Assembly: GCF_018350175.1 (NCBI RefSeq)
Contig: NC_058368.1
Coordinates: 21,578,001 to 21,642,000 of the forward strand
Source: Felis catus
Lineage: Eukaryota
DNA length: 64,000 nt
Reading direction: 5' to 3'
Shown here piece after piece: positions 37,721-49,510 of this stretch. The position numbers and the translations under genes were made by a program. Positions within the stretch are counted from its first letter, which is position 1. Every line of letters begins with the position of its first letter. The notes below the pieces were generated by a model. That model was not told where the DNA came from. It saw only the letters and a list, made by a program, of their open reading frames with translations, and did no database searches.

Positions 37721-38064
37721 ATTTGTGAAATTTAATCAATGCTTACCTGGGTTGCTGTGAAGAATGATTGAGGTTTTGTGTGTAATGTGCTTAACAGAGT
37801 CTGGAACACAGTGATGGCTGCATCAGAACAGCAGCACCAGTAACAAACACATATTAGAGTCAGAAGGGGCCAGGCCAGCCGCTCAGCGAACAGAAGCTAG
37901 CACTCGAATACTTTCACCGCCTGGTTTTAAGGAGGCATCTTGGAACAAAAACGAAATACCCATGAGTAATATTGATGCCAGTGGGACTATCAAATTTCAC
38001 AATTCTTTCTGCATTTTCTTTGACAACTGTGGCCCAATCAGGTCACTGTCACTCTTAGGGTGAC

Positions 38065-39222
38065 ACATGGAAAGACTCAGCTTTCTGAAGCCTAAAGCTT
38101 ATTCAATCCGGGCACCCTCATTAAGAAAAATAATACAGAACTACAAATAACTACAACTTGAGCTGTGAAAGTGAATATTAGGAATGAGAAAAAATTGCCA
38201 ATTACTATTTTTAGAAAGCTTCCAAATACTGCAAATATTTCAAAATTCAGAAAAATAACATGATATTTTTATTAGGTAATGGCTAAATAAATCACCTCTA
38301 CATTATAAATTTTGGAAAAATAAAAAATTTTTATTAGTTAATGATTAAATAACCTGTATAATATTTTTTCTTTACATTTTTTTGGCTACATAATCACCTG
38401 TTTATAGGATGACAATGTTTGAATTGTCATTTTTATAGAGGAAAGAGAAAGATTTCAGTCTTTTCTCTAGCATAACTGATTGAAATTTGTTTTTTATTAT
38501 CAATAAATTAGAAAAGTTTCCTTCAGCTTCCCAGCTCATGATTTCTAATGCCTCACAAATGTTTAGGATTGCTATGTAATTTGGGAGAAACTCTATCAAG
38601 TTTTTTCATATTGCGCACTGTAAGATTTCAGGACATGATCGAGGATGTTCCTCCCAGAAGAGATCTTTCAGCCAATAGAACCAAATTTTCCACCCCCAGT
38701 TTTCATCTTGATCAAAATGTTCCACAGATTAGCTTCCGGTGCTGTATTTCAAGCCTTGCTTCCCCTTTAGGACCCCTATACTGCTGATGGTGGGCACTGT
38801 GAACACGCTCATGAAGCAATATGACCTCTTGCCTCTTCATGTCACAGTGTCAGATAAGTTGGCACAGTATATGGCTGGAGAAAGCCTGGAGCCACGCCTG
38901 CATCTGGACAGTTCACAGTAACTTCACTGTATGTGAAATGACTGTGAACCACATTGATACCTGCCAAGAAACCCTCCCGAAATGGATCCCCCAACTCAAC
39001 TTCTCCTTAGCCTCCCAAGTGCTTATGGCCACTCCAACACCACCCAGCACAGGGTGACAGAGGGGAAGCTGGAGTGGAAAAAACATAGCCATTAGCCAGT
39101 TAAAGTGAAAGTTCTTATTTTTGTAAATCTTATGAAAACACATGACCACGTGAATATGTTACAAGAGTCTTTGCCAGGATTTAGAAGGGCCTATGCAAAT
39201 GAGGGGCCCACGGACTTTAATA
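38065..39222 (-). mobile_element. Zaphod/MER115-like hAT-Tip100 DNA transposon fossil
   Basis: reverse complement GGGCCCCTCATTTGCATAGGCCCTTC...TTCCACTCCAGCTTCCCCTCTGTCAC...GTTGGAGTGGCC...GCTAAGGAGAAGTTGAGTTGGGG. Confidence 0.75.
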
Positions 39223-39484
39223 CCACTTATTCAATGAATTAAATAACTGAATGAAAGAATAAATGAGTTGAATAAGCTGAAAAGGTGGAGGACATCCTCA
39301 GTATTAGAATTTTCTAGTTGATGGACTTGCAAAGATCTGACCAAGCCAGCATGATAATCCAATCTCTGAACCCCATTTCAATTCCCTTTCCATAGAATCA
39401 TACTTCAGCAATTGATGATGTCCAAAAAAGCGTTGAAACCAACAAGTGTAGTTCTAACAAGAGCTTTTCCTTCAAATTGAAGTT

Positions 39485-39676
39485 TTTTGCTTGTTTGTTT
39501 TTTTAATGTGTATTTATTTATTTTGAGAGAGAGAGAGAGCATGAGCAGGGCAGGAGCAGAGAGAGAAAGAATCCCAACCAGGATCTACACTGCCAGCAAA
39601 GGCCTGACACGGGGTTCAATCCCATGAACAATGATCTGACTCAGAGTTTCAACCAACTGAGTCACCCAGGAGCCCC
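39485..39676 (-). mobile_element. Can-SINE (diverged)
   Basis: reverse SINE; TSD AAA(T/C)TGAAGTTT. Confidence 0.85.
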
Positions 39677-39959
39677 AAACTGAAGTTTAAAAAAAAAAAC
39701 CAAAAAACTATTGTATACAAGCTCTTCACTCTGTAAATTCTTAAGATTGTCTAAAAGGAGTACACAGCACATAGATGTCCATACAACATATATGTTTTTA
39801 ATAGTCATATATTTATTTTTAATAAGATTAAAGAAATATGTAAATAAATATTGAACTCCAGTTAATGATACGCATGCTGACATGTTTACGGGTGAAATGT
39901 ACTGCTATCTGCAAACCTATCTTGAAATGCACAAAATGATAAGTTGGATCAATATTCAG

Positions 39960-40306
39960 TATATTAGTCTTCCAGGGCTACCATAACAAGAGACCACTGA
40001 CTGGGAGGCTTAAACAACAGAAAATTTATTTCTCACAGTTCTAGAGGCTGGAAGTCCAAGATCAAGGTGCTGACAAGGTAGGCATCTTTCTGAGGCCTCT
40101 TGGCCTGTAGGCAGCTGCGATCTCACCATGTACTCACATGACCTCTTACGGAAAGACACTGGAATCCTATCAGGATTACGGCCCCACCCTTATGGCCTCA
40201 GTTTATCTTAATTGCTTCCTTAGAGGCCCCATCTCCAAATACAGCTACACTGGGAGTAGGTGAACGTATGAATCTTGGGGGAGACACAAGCATTCAGTTT
40301 GTAACA
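39960..40306 (-). mobile_element. MLT1 (MaLR) solo LTR inside an old L1M 3' end (39770-40452)
   Basis: GGCTTAAACAACAGAAAATTTATTTCTCACAGTTCTAGAGGCTGGAAGTCCAAGATCAAGGTG. Confidence 0.85.
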
Positions 40307-41150
40307 CATTGATAAAGGAATGGATAGATTAGGGTAAAGCAGATAACAGTAAAATGTTGGTTGTAGAATCTAGACGGTAGGTATATGGGTACTCACTGTA
40401 TAATTATTTCAACTTGCCTACATGTTTGAAGATTTTCATAGTAAAATGTTGGGTCAAAAGAAAGAGGAAGTTCAGGAAAGTCAAGTATGGGGAGGTTGAG
40501 CAACTTTTCCAAGTTCACACAGCTAAGAATTGTCACAGCCAGGCTTTGAACTCTGACCTTTCCAGTTGTTGAGCCCAGGTCCTTACATACACTGACCCTC
40601 CTTAACAACTGATCCACTCACATTCATTTCCCCGTTTACACACACACACAGCTGGTGTACTTTGATTTTACAGGTGGGGAAACTGAAACTGGAGAGCTAA
40701 CTCTAGGACTTGCCCCACTGGTTTGCCTGGGAGGTAAGAGCACAGATGGCCCCACTGCTGGCTCATCTTCCCAGGTGGAGTGTGTGGAAAGAGCGTGTGC
40801 TTTAGCATCTGATGGACTTTCATTCAAAAACTGACTCCAGATAAACTGTTTTTAGGATCTTGGGCATAGGGATGAAGGGTAATGTTCTGGAAGCTAAAAT
40901 GGAGAGAGAGCGGGGCACCGTCCTCACTTCCTGACCCTGAGGAATTTCAGTGTGAGAAGGAATTCAGCCTCCACCCAACAGGGCTTTAAGGTCCTCAGAA
41001 GTTGCCAGGTTCCATTAAAAAGAAAGGGAATGTTTGGAGGAGCCTTGGTTTTCTCATCCGTAAAATGGAGGGTGATAATGCCTGACTCAAAGAAGCTGTA
41101 TAAGAATTAAGTGAGAGGGACGCCTGGGTGGCTCAGTCAGTTAAGCATCT

Positions 41151-42520
41151 CTCATTCACTATTTTTGATACTCATTTATTCTTGTTCAATTTCTGCCTGC
41201 TTTTCTCTCATAATTTTCTTTCTCTCTTTTGGAATATACAGGACAATTTCCTGAAGTCAGTTTCAAGTGAAATCTGAATCAGTGGGATGTCATTAAAAAT
41301 TTTTGCAAATTAACCCTCACTGAAGTAAAAGGCACACTTGAATTCTATTTGTATAAGTCTTTTAAAATAAAAAAGGCAACATCTCAGTAAATGTAATGTA
41401 CAAGATTACATGTTGCTACCATTACATCAATAAGCAGCTTAAATTATTATAGGCAATCCTAAATACACTATAACTAGTCAGCAATAAGCTATCATAGTAT
41501 ATAGAGGTTAACTAAGCCTTATACGTGTTCCACACTATGCAATAGAATATAGACTAATCAACAAAATTTCCAGAACATATCTTAAAAGTTATGTGACAAC
41601 ATCAAGTAATGCCCAGTAGAACACCCCCAAGGAAAATTAGCACTAACCCCTTAGTGCCAAGGTCTTCTGGCCAAAAGATCAACTCCAGTCTCAAGTCACT
41701 TAGGCAAAATAACATTTCACAGGACCTCCTAAGTAGATTACAACAAAACAAAGTATGGAAATAACCAATCTACATAGGATATTATCTTAGATAAAAATCA
41801 TGGGGAAATGAAAATGGGATCTGTTGGTACCTGTTTTGTTGTGCAATATCATTTAAGTGGGTACAGATGAATTTCTCATCAATCCTCATTCCAATTCCAA
41901 ATTGATATGAGATTCCAGTTCTCATATCAATTCCACACATTCCTGTACATAAAAAGACAATCTTATATATTTTCAAAAAATCTTTGCATTATTAGGTGTA
42001 ATCACCATTTAGCATCTTGGTTATTAGTAGCAATGTATGTCCTTTTTTTAAATTTTTTTTTCAACGTTTATTTATTTTTTGGGACAGAGAGAGACAGAGC
42101 ATGAATGGGGGAGGGGCAGAGAGAGAGGGAGACAGAATCGGAAACAGGCTCCAGGCTCTGAGCCATCAGCCCAGAGCCTGACGCGGGGCTCGAACTCACG
42201 GACCGCGAGATCGTGACCTGGCTGAAGTCAGACGCTTAACCGACTGTGCCACCCAGGCGCCCCATGTATGTCCTTTTTTTAACACAGGCACAGGACAAAC
42301 GAGATAAGAGCAGTATTAGTGACAACAGAGGAACAGTAGGTTGGATCCAGTCAAGTTCTAATGTGACAAGAATACTTTATAAATGCCTTATATGGGTGAC
42401 CCAATGGATACTTGGAGCCCTTCGCACATGTCAGCAGTCTGTTGGCAGTCAGGGAATGGACACATTGGAACCTGAGGGTGCTTTCCTGCCAACTAACAGA
42501 TGCGGTAATGTCACATAATA
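41151..42520 (+). mobile_element. highly decayed Penelope-like retroelement (RT, thumb and GIY-YIG remnants), interrupted by a SINE
   Basis: colinear motif remnants across frames: FSHNFLSLFWNIQDNFL, N*PSLK*..NSICISLL, GNISVNVMYKIT, GTCFVVQY, GTDEFLINPH, GQTR..KSSISDNR, MDTLEPEG. Confidence 0.6.
42050..42263 (-). mobile_element. Can-SINE, young SINEC_Fc type
   Basis: TSD ATGTATGTCCTTTTTTTAA (42033-42051, 42264-42282). Confidence 0.95.
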
Positions 42521-42618
42521 AAAACTAAGGATTTAATATTTTTTTATCATTCATTATTAATAGCTACTATGCTTTAATTTTTCTCTTTGAGCACATTAAG
42601 CAAACATTTAAAAATCTT

Positions 42619-42733
42619 TGTCATGCTACCCCTTACTAGAGGTTATGTGCTATAATGCACTGTGTCTCATTATCCCCTTCTAGAGGTGATGCACTGTAAT
42701 GCATTCTGTCACTACCCCTGATTCCAGGTAATG
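42619..42733. repeat. degenerate ~44-bp tandem repeat, about 2.5 copies
   Basis: TGTCATGCTACCCCTTACTAGAGGTTATGTGCTATAATGCAC / TGTCTCATTATCCCCTTCTAGAGGTGATGCACTGTAATGCATTC / TGTCACTACCCCTGATTCCAGGTAATG. Confidence 0.7.
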
Positions 42734-42787
42734 TGCCGACTAGGGAAGAGAACACCTGGGAAGAGACTGGGATTCGGGAAGTCTCTC

Positions 42788-42925
42788 GGTTCTAGAGGCT
42801 GGAAGTTCAAGATCAAGGTGTCAGCAAGGCCATTCTCTTTCCAAAGTCTCTATGGAAGACTCCTTCCTTGTCTCTTCCAGCTGGTGGTGGTTCCTGACAA
42901 TCCTTGGCATTCCTTGGCTTATGGA
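42788..42925 (-). mobile_element. MLT1 LTR fragment
   Basis: GTTCTAGAGGCTGGAAGTTCAAGATCAAGGTGTCAGCAAGGCC...TCCTTGGCATTCCTTGGCTT. Confidence 0.8.
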
Positions 42926-42934
42926 TGCTAGGGT

Positions 42935-43422
42935 GCTGTGATAGGGGGACTTGCTGGATATGGGCTATTTGGGGTGCCAGAGGAAGCCATGCACAGAAAG
43001 GTGTCATGGCTTTCAACTTGCCTACCTTTGCTGTCTGGGGTGCTAAGGAAAGCTGTTCACGGGGAAGTGCCATGCTGGCACCATTCTGCTGTGAAGCTGC
43101 CCAAGGTGGGCCAGGGGAAGCTGCCCACAGGGATGTGCCATGTGCCAACTGACCACCAGGGGCTGCTGGCCCCTGCTTACTGTAGGAACCCAGCCTGACA
43201 AGCTACCCTCACAGCAGAAGCCTAGTTTTATGAGAAGCACATTGGAACCAGGAAGCAAAACCCCGTTTCCTCCAGTGTTCCTCCAGTACCTTTTACCAAC
43301 AACACTTAGCATCATCTCAGTAGGCAAGGGAGAAATATTTATAGGGTCCACCTCCATTATCACAGAGCAGGCAATGAAGTATGGATTTGGAGCTGAGAAG
43401 CAATAAGTTAATAATTGACACA
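42935..43422 (-). mobile_element. LTR33/LTR41-family ERVL LTR
   Basis: reverse complement starts TGTGTCAATTATTAACTTATTGCTTCTCAGCTCCAAATCCA; PPT GCCAAAGGGGTAGGC immediately before it. Confidence 0.8.
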
Positions 43423-44950
43423 GCCTACCCCTTTGGCTATACAGCTTCCATATACACCTTTCTCTAAACATTGCAACTTCTATAAAATAGCAAAGCAACT
43501 TTATATTTCTAACTAATAAGATACAGGTGTCCTTCCAAGTGAAGAAGTTCTCACCCTTTCCTCAAAATGAAGAAAGGCAAGGTCCAAACAGTCACTATGT
43601 CCATCACTGATTATGTTAATTAACCCCCAAATCTTGTCACAATTCAATTTGCTATTCTGTTACCCTAAAGACTAAGCTATAAAGTTATTCTCCAACAACT
43701 TATATTTAAAAATAAAAATGAGAAGAAGAAAGATGAAGAAAATGGTTGATATATGCAAATAAAAACCTACATATACCAAGAAAAGAGAAAATGTGCAAAG
43801 CAATACACTCCTCGTTTCTTTAATTGGCCATGAGGCCATAATTGATATCTATGACTTCTTTCCTTTATTACTCATTTTGTATTTCTCTCACCCTCAGTCA
43901 GAACCTCAGCTGGTGGGGATTCTTTAAGTGGTAGAATAGCCCAAATTCGAAAAAGGACTGAGTAGTCAACTATCTTGCATTTGTTGTTTGTTTGTTTCTA
44001 TGGTTTCCATCATAACACTGGGCATAGAAATACTAAAGACACCCCAGAAAATCCCCTGGGTTTCAGACAAAGTTCTCCTTGTCCCTACTGTGTAGCAGCA
44101 ATTTAGTTTCTCTGTGGTGGTTCAGATCAATCACTGTGGCCATTAGAGGAACTTCTTTTCTGCCTGTTGGTTCAATGGCATAAAACAGCCCAAAAAGACC
44201 AGGTGGACATCTCACTTTCCAATTTAATGGAACTGTAGTTATTTTCCCCAGTGGAAAGATTTCCTCTTCCAGGACTAAGACCTCCAAACCAGCAGAACCC
44301 AAGGTTATCAGGATGAAAAGCAAAAATTAACTGGAAGTGAGTTCATTAGGTAAAATAATAAAAAGAGCCACTCCCATTTCTAACCCTTGATTCTGGCCCC
44401 GTGTGTTCTGCTTATGTGGGAGCAAGCAGGATCCTTCCTCCAGGGCAACCTGCCTCTTCTTGAATCACGGAGCTTTGGGTCTGTAAATTGACCTAAGTCT
44501 GGAAACTGGTAAGAGGCCATGACTGTCCACAGTGGTGGCTCAAGGCAGGTGTTTGGCTACTAGACTTAGAGCGTCTTCCTCTTATATAGACCAAGCCATA
44601 CTCTAGAAGGTGGCTCATCTATTTCACTCCAGGAGCATGGCAAATTCACTACCATCAAAGTTCAGGCAAAGGCATCCTGATTACCCTCCACCATAGAGGC
44701 ACCCACTCTGCCTCTGGTGACTAAGGGCTGCCACTATCTCTCCCACTGTAAGATCCCATCGTCACCATTGGGATTGGGGAGGCTGTGTCAGTGGTGATAT
44801 CTCACACCTGGCCTCCCAAGCAGAGCAACCACAGAGCTGTCCTTTGAGAGAGTTTGCAGGGGCTCCACCTGTTAACGCATTCCTCAGTTGCTTTAGTGAG
44901 AAAGATGTTTTCTGGTCTTGTCATGCGGCATAGTCGGGTGGCAAGACTGA
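43423..44950 (-). mobile_element. ERV-L internal region (older, internally deleted) with a dUTPase remnant
   Basis: GLEVLVLEEEIFPLGKITTVPLNWKVRCPPGLFGL..VIDLNHHRETKLLLH (ORF 44063-44323). Confidence 0.8.
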
Positions 44951-46801
44951 ATAATGATGTGATGAGTACGGTAAAGAAATGTTTTGTGCCATCTTCTGGG
45001 CTCTGTTCACAATTGGCTAATTTTTTTCCCTAATACTACGGACTGTTTAGATATTTTCTGAATGATGGAAACGTACAGAATGGCGTTAGGGTACTACATG
45101 AATCAGAGCCTCAGGATGGCACAAACCAGAGAAGTCTCTGGGTTCTTCAGCTGCATTCATTTTTGACTCTTCTTTCTAGGGTTCTGCTATTATTATGACA
45201 AACTTCTCACCCTCAGTCTTGGATTTCTCCATTCAAATTCGATGGGGAAAAGATAATTTTTCCCTCCTATTTTATCAGTATTTTTGGAGTCAATACCAAT
45301 AAAAGCCAATTCAGTAACAAGGCATACTTTTAATAAGGCTCAGTTAGCAAGTATTTTAAAGAGCAAAGAATTTTCACATCAACTTCCACAAATGCATCTG
45401 ATGTCATGCTTTTGAGCTGGAAAAAGTGCTTGGGGAATTACACATGGTATGTATAAACCTGAACATGCTGTACTCACAAGGAAAAATATGTGTTTTATCT
45501 AAGCATAGTAAATACTTCAGAGTTTAGTTTCCCCGGTAGGAATGTCTCATGTAAACAGTAGCAGTGACTATCCCTATAGCAAAACTTCTAAGCATGAAAA
45601 TAAGCCAAATTTTTCTAAACATTTGCTCGGTAATATCTTTTGCCCTTTTATTTACAGGGTAGAAAAGGGAAGAAATATGAAAAACATACTACCTTATCTT
45701 TGCTCATATCCTTTTCCTTACAATGAAAACAAAATGTACTGTGCACTAAAATTCAAGGCGAATGCCATATCACTAAAGGTATCAAGTTTTGCAAATTCAC
45801 ACCATGACAACTCAGTGCTCCTTGTTTGGCAAACCACTCTCTGAGTTTGGGTACCTCCAAAGCCTCCCAGATCCCTGTGTCACCACTGTTTCTGAACAAT
45901 GCACTAGCCAGGGCTTTAAAGGAGAATTTGAAGCTCCCTCATGTAGTCAAATGAAACAGATTTATGCTCTGTTAACTGTCTTTACTTTTGCCTACAGAAT
46001 ATGGGGTATTTGAGGTACTTAAAATACATTGTTTCTAAAATGGAAACGCAACTCCATCATTTCCAAACCAGAAGAACAAAGTCAAAACGTTGCCTTCTGA
46101 TCCGTGGGCACTGAAGATTAGATTTTCTTATTCTCTTCCACCAGTATTTTGTTTTTTATCCCTGCTGTAATCCCAAATTAATGCTCATTTTCTCAAGGTG
46201 TGGTTTAATGTTTTGGTTACCACTTCCTGCCAAGGCACTTGCTATCTCTACATGTTTAAGAGAGTCTCAGCAACTCATATTCTTCTGTTTTATAGGAACT
46301 AATTGTTTTTCTCTTTCTTTTTCCTATCCACTGAACTGATTCCACTTAACTCAGTGAAGTTTCAGTCTCTGGATTCCTCTACCTTAATCAGTTGAGCTTT
46401 CTAACTGAATTGGCACACTAAATCGTGACCTGTATTGCTTGATCTAGATTGGTAAAAACACAGCACTGATCAAAGAAGTAGCTTGGACAAAATGGTCCTA
46501 ACTCCAGAACCTTGTGAAAATCTAAGCTATTAGAATAAGCTAAGTGAGATTCATAGAATCATGAACCAATCTGAACAAGCCCAACGATTTGGAGGATTGA
46601 GTAGTCTCAGGTACACAGCAATGAATTAGGATAAATCATAATCCTGTTTATGATATACTTTCCTTAATGGTCCTGGAGTAGCCTCTTCATTAGATATGAT
46701 CATATTACTAGAGATATAAATGTAGATGTGTATATAGATAAGCACCCATTAATTCACCATGTAAAGGAAAAATTAAGATCTTATAAATAACCTAAATCTA
46801 C

Positions 46802-47021
46802 GGGGCACCTGGGTGGCTCAGTTGGTTGAGTGTCCAATTCTTGATTTCAGCTCAGGTCATGATCTCATGGCTTGTGAGATTGAGCCCCGAGTTGACCTCT
46901 GTGCTGACAGCACAGAGCCTGCTTGGGATTCTCTCTCTCCTTCTCTGTCTCTCAGCTCCTCCTACATTTGTGCATACTCTCTCTCTCTCTCTCAAAATAA
47001 ATTAAAAAAATTTTTAAAAAG

Positions 47022-47063
<42 letters not shown>

Positions 47064-47576
47064 GGCACCTGAGTGGCTCAGTCAGTTAAGTGTCTGACTC
47101 TTGATTTCAGCTCAGGTCATCATCTCACGGTTTGTGAGATCGAGCCCTGCTTGGGATTCTCTCTCTCCCTCTCTCTGCCCCTCCCCCACCTGCACACCCA
47201 TGCTTGAGCCCTCTCTCTCAAAATAAATAAATAAAAAATATTCTCTCCATCTGCCCCTCTCCCCCATTCACTTTCTCTCTCTAAAACACACACACACACA
47301 CACACACACCTCTTACAAATTAAAAAAAAAAATTCTCTAGGTAAATCTTTTTTTAAAATTTTTTTAACATTTATTATTGAGAGACAGAGAGACACAGAGT
47401 GTGAGCAGGGAAGGGGTGGGGGTGGGGGTGGGGGGTGCGGGATGCAGGATCTGAAGTAGGCTCCAGGCCCTGAGCTGTCAGCACAGAGTCCGATGCAGGG
47501 CTCGAACTCACAAACTGTGAGATCATGACCTGAGCCGAAGTCCGACGCTTAACCGACTGAGCCACCCAGGTGTCCC
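46802..47576. mobile_element. Can-SINE cluster: two + copies and a partial tail duplicate, then a - copy (47345-47576)
   Basis: heads at ~46802 and ~47062; (CT)n and (CA)n runs; - copy has TSD TCTAGGTAAATCT. Confidence 0.9.
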
Positions 47577-47668
47577 TCTAGGTAAATCTAATGTACACCC
47601 AAGTATAAGAATCCTGCTATATAGGCAAATACCAGCCTTAGAATCAGCAGTTGTGGGTTAAATCCCAT

Positions 47669-48030
47669 TATGGTTGAACGGAGTCCTCCTAACTCTTATG
47701 TTGAAGTGTTAACCCCTAGCGTCTCAGAAAGTGACTTACTTGGAGATAGAATCTTTACAAAAGTAATCAAGTTAAAACAAGAGTCCCTTAGGATCCTAAT
47801 CCGGTATGACTAGTGTCCTTCTAAAAAGGGGACATTTGGAGCAGATACGCATACAGACTGAATACCACACAAACACAAGACATCTACAGTCCAAAGAGAA
47901 AGGTCTGAAGAAGATCCTGACCTGAGGAGGTGACCAACACCTTGTTTCAGACTCCTAGCCTCCAGAACTATGAGACAATACATTTCTATTGTGGTTTTGG
48001 TAGTTTGCTGCCGCAGCCCTAGCACACTAA
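47669..48030 (+). mobile_element. MLT1B-like MaLR solo LTR
   Basis: TATGTTGAAGTGTTAACCCCTAG...AAGTAATCAAGTTAAA...TAGCCTCCAGAACTATGAGACAATACATTTCT. Confidence 0.85.
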
Positions 48031-48269
48031 ACGAATCCCGCGGTAGCCACGTTTCCACCATGGGTACATACTTTCTCTTAGAGTGCTTCAGTTACCATAT
48101 CAGAAAAACAAACCCTCCCTCAAAGGGTTACTGAATTTAAATGGGATAAAAGTAAGTGAAAGCACCCAGCACAGAGACTGAAACCTCGTGAGTGCTCAGT
48201 AGATGGTAGTTGAAACTGAGTCTTTCCCATTCGAATAAAGAAGCTTTTTCAGCTTAGCCAACTGTGGTC

Positions 48270-48640
48270 AGTTCGGCGGCCTGGGGATGCAAGCTAGGAC
48301 CGACAGGAACCCCTCTAGGCCTCCAGAAAACGAAATCAACAGCTGTGCTCTCGTTCATTAGCTCCTTTCCACCTTGTGCATTGGCCTAGGGCCCCCCAAA
48401 GCTTTTTAATCAGTCCTACCTTGGACGCAACCCTTGTTCGGGAGGCCGGCCTCTAGGGGGCGCGCTGTCTCCGGAACGCTCGCCCGGACCTCGCCGGCAG
48501 AGGCACCGCAGAGAGCCGTTTGGAAGCCGAGTGGAGGGCTCGTCTCCTGCGGCCTCTCCTCCCTGTGGCCGCTTCCTGCAGCAGCGCGGGGAGAGGGAAG
48601 ATCCACGCTGTGAGCGCTTGGCTGAGCGCGCCCTGACACC
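48270..48640. promoter_or_regulatory. small orphan CpG-rich element with consensus CTCF site and ETS motifs
   Basis: dense CpG in non-repeat DNA; GGCCTCTAGGGGGCGCGC at 48448-48465; CCGGAA at 48471-48476; GCTTCCTG at ~48571. Confidence 0.75.
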
Positions 48641-49331
48641 CAGTGTCCTACATCACTCACTCTGGACAATCCTGTCCTTAATCACAAATGAGTAAACTTA
48701 GGCTCAGGGAGGTTAAGTAACTAGTGTCACAAAGCTAGGGGGATAGAACCTAGGTCTGCCTACTTCCAAAAGCAGCAAAACACCTTGGTGACCAGTCCCC
48801 CACAGGAGGGACTAGTGACTTGCAGACCTAGTCAGGGGCCCAGCAGAAGACCCCAGGGGCAAGAGAGCCAACAGAGCCTTTATTAAGACTTTCCTTTCCC
48901 CCCCGGAACCTGCTGCTGCTACCTCAGCCTTAGATGTCCCTACCACTCTTGTCATCCACTGGTGACTTTTTACTGCTTGATGTATTCTGAAAGGGAAGGC
49001 ACTTTCTTTTCTCCCCTTGTCTCTCTCTCGGGATGGTGGATTTCACAGCCGCTCCAAAGGAGTATTTAGGACAGTATAGGAGCAAGTGTTTTAATTGTTT
49101 ACTACCTCTTCATGAGGGAGTCATACACACTATAAAAACAACAGTGGTAACTATAACTACATGTAATTAACTGACTGCTGATGTCTACACTGGGAGGCAA
49201 AAGCAGAGTTTTTCCACCAAGAGACAGTCTTCTGTGCCAGAAACACTAACAAATGTTAATTTGACGTTTTATGTCCTAGAATTTGTACTCTGAGGCTGTC
49301 CAGGTAATATTCTCCAACTCCTTCCTGCAGT

Positions 49332-49510
49332 CATCCATACATTCACATACCCATCCACCCATCCACCCACCCACTCACTCACCCACTCATCCACTCATCC
49401 ATCCATCCATCCATCCACCCACCCACTCATCCACTCATCCATCCATCCATCCATCCATCCACCCACCCACTCATCCACTCATCCATCCATCCATCCATCC
49501 ATCCATCCAT
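49332..49510. repeat. (CCAT/CCAC/TCAC)n tetranucleotide simple repeat
   Basis: directly visible. Confidence 0.97.

Noticed and set aside
41560..41700. Minus-strand hydrophobic stretch GLVLIFLGGVLLGIT*CC resembling a retroviral Env transmembrane segment
   Set aside because: No furin site, immunosuppressive domain or CX6CC motif upstream; better explained as the antisense of the + strand element
42370..42496. SH3-like string (GD...CWQSGNGHIGT*GCFPAN*) suggesting a processed pseudogene
   Set aside because: Short, contains stops, and has no flanking gene similarity; the overlapping frame gives MDTLEPEG, which fits the colinear Penelope-like motif series better
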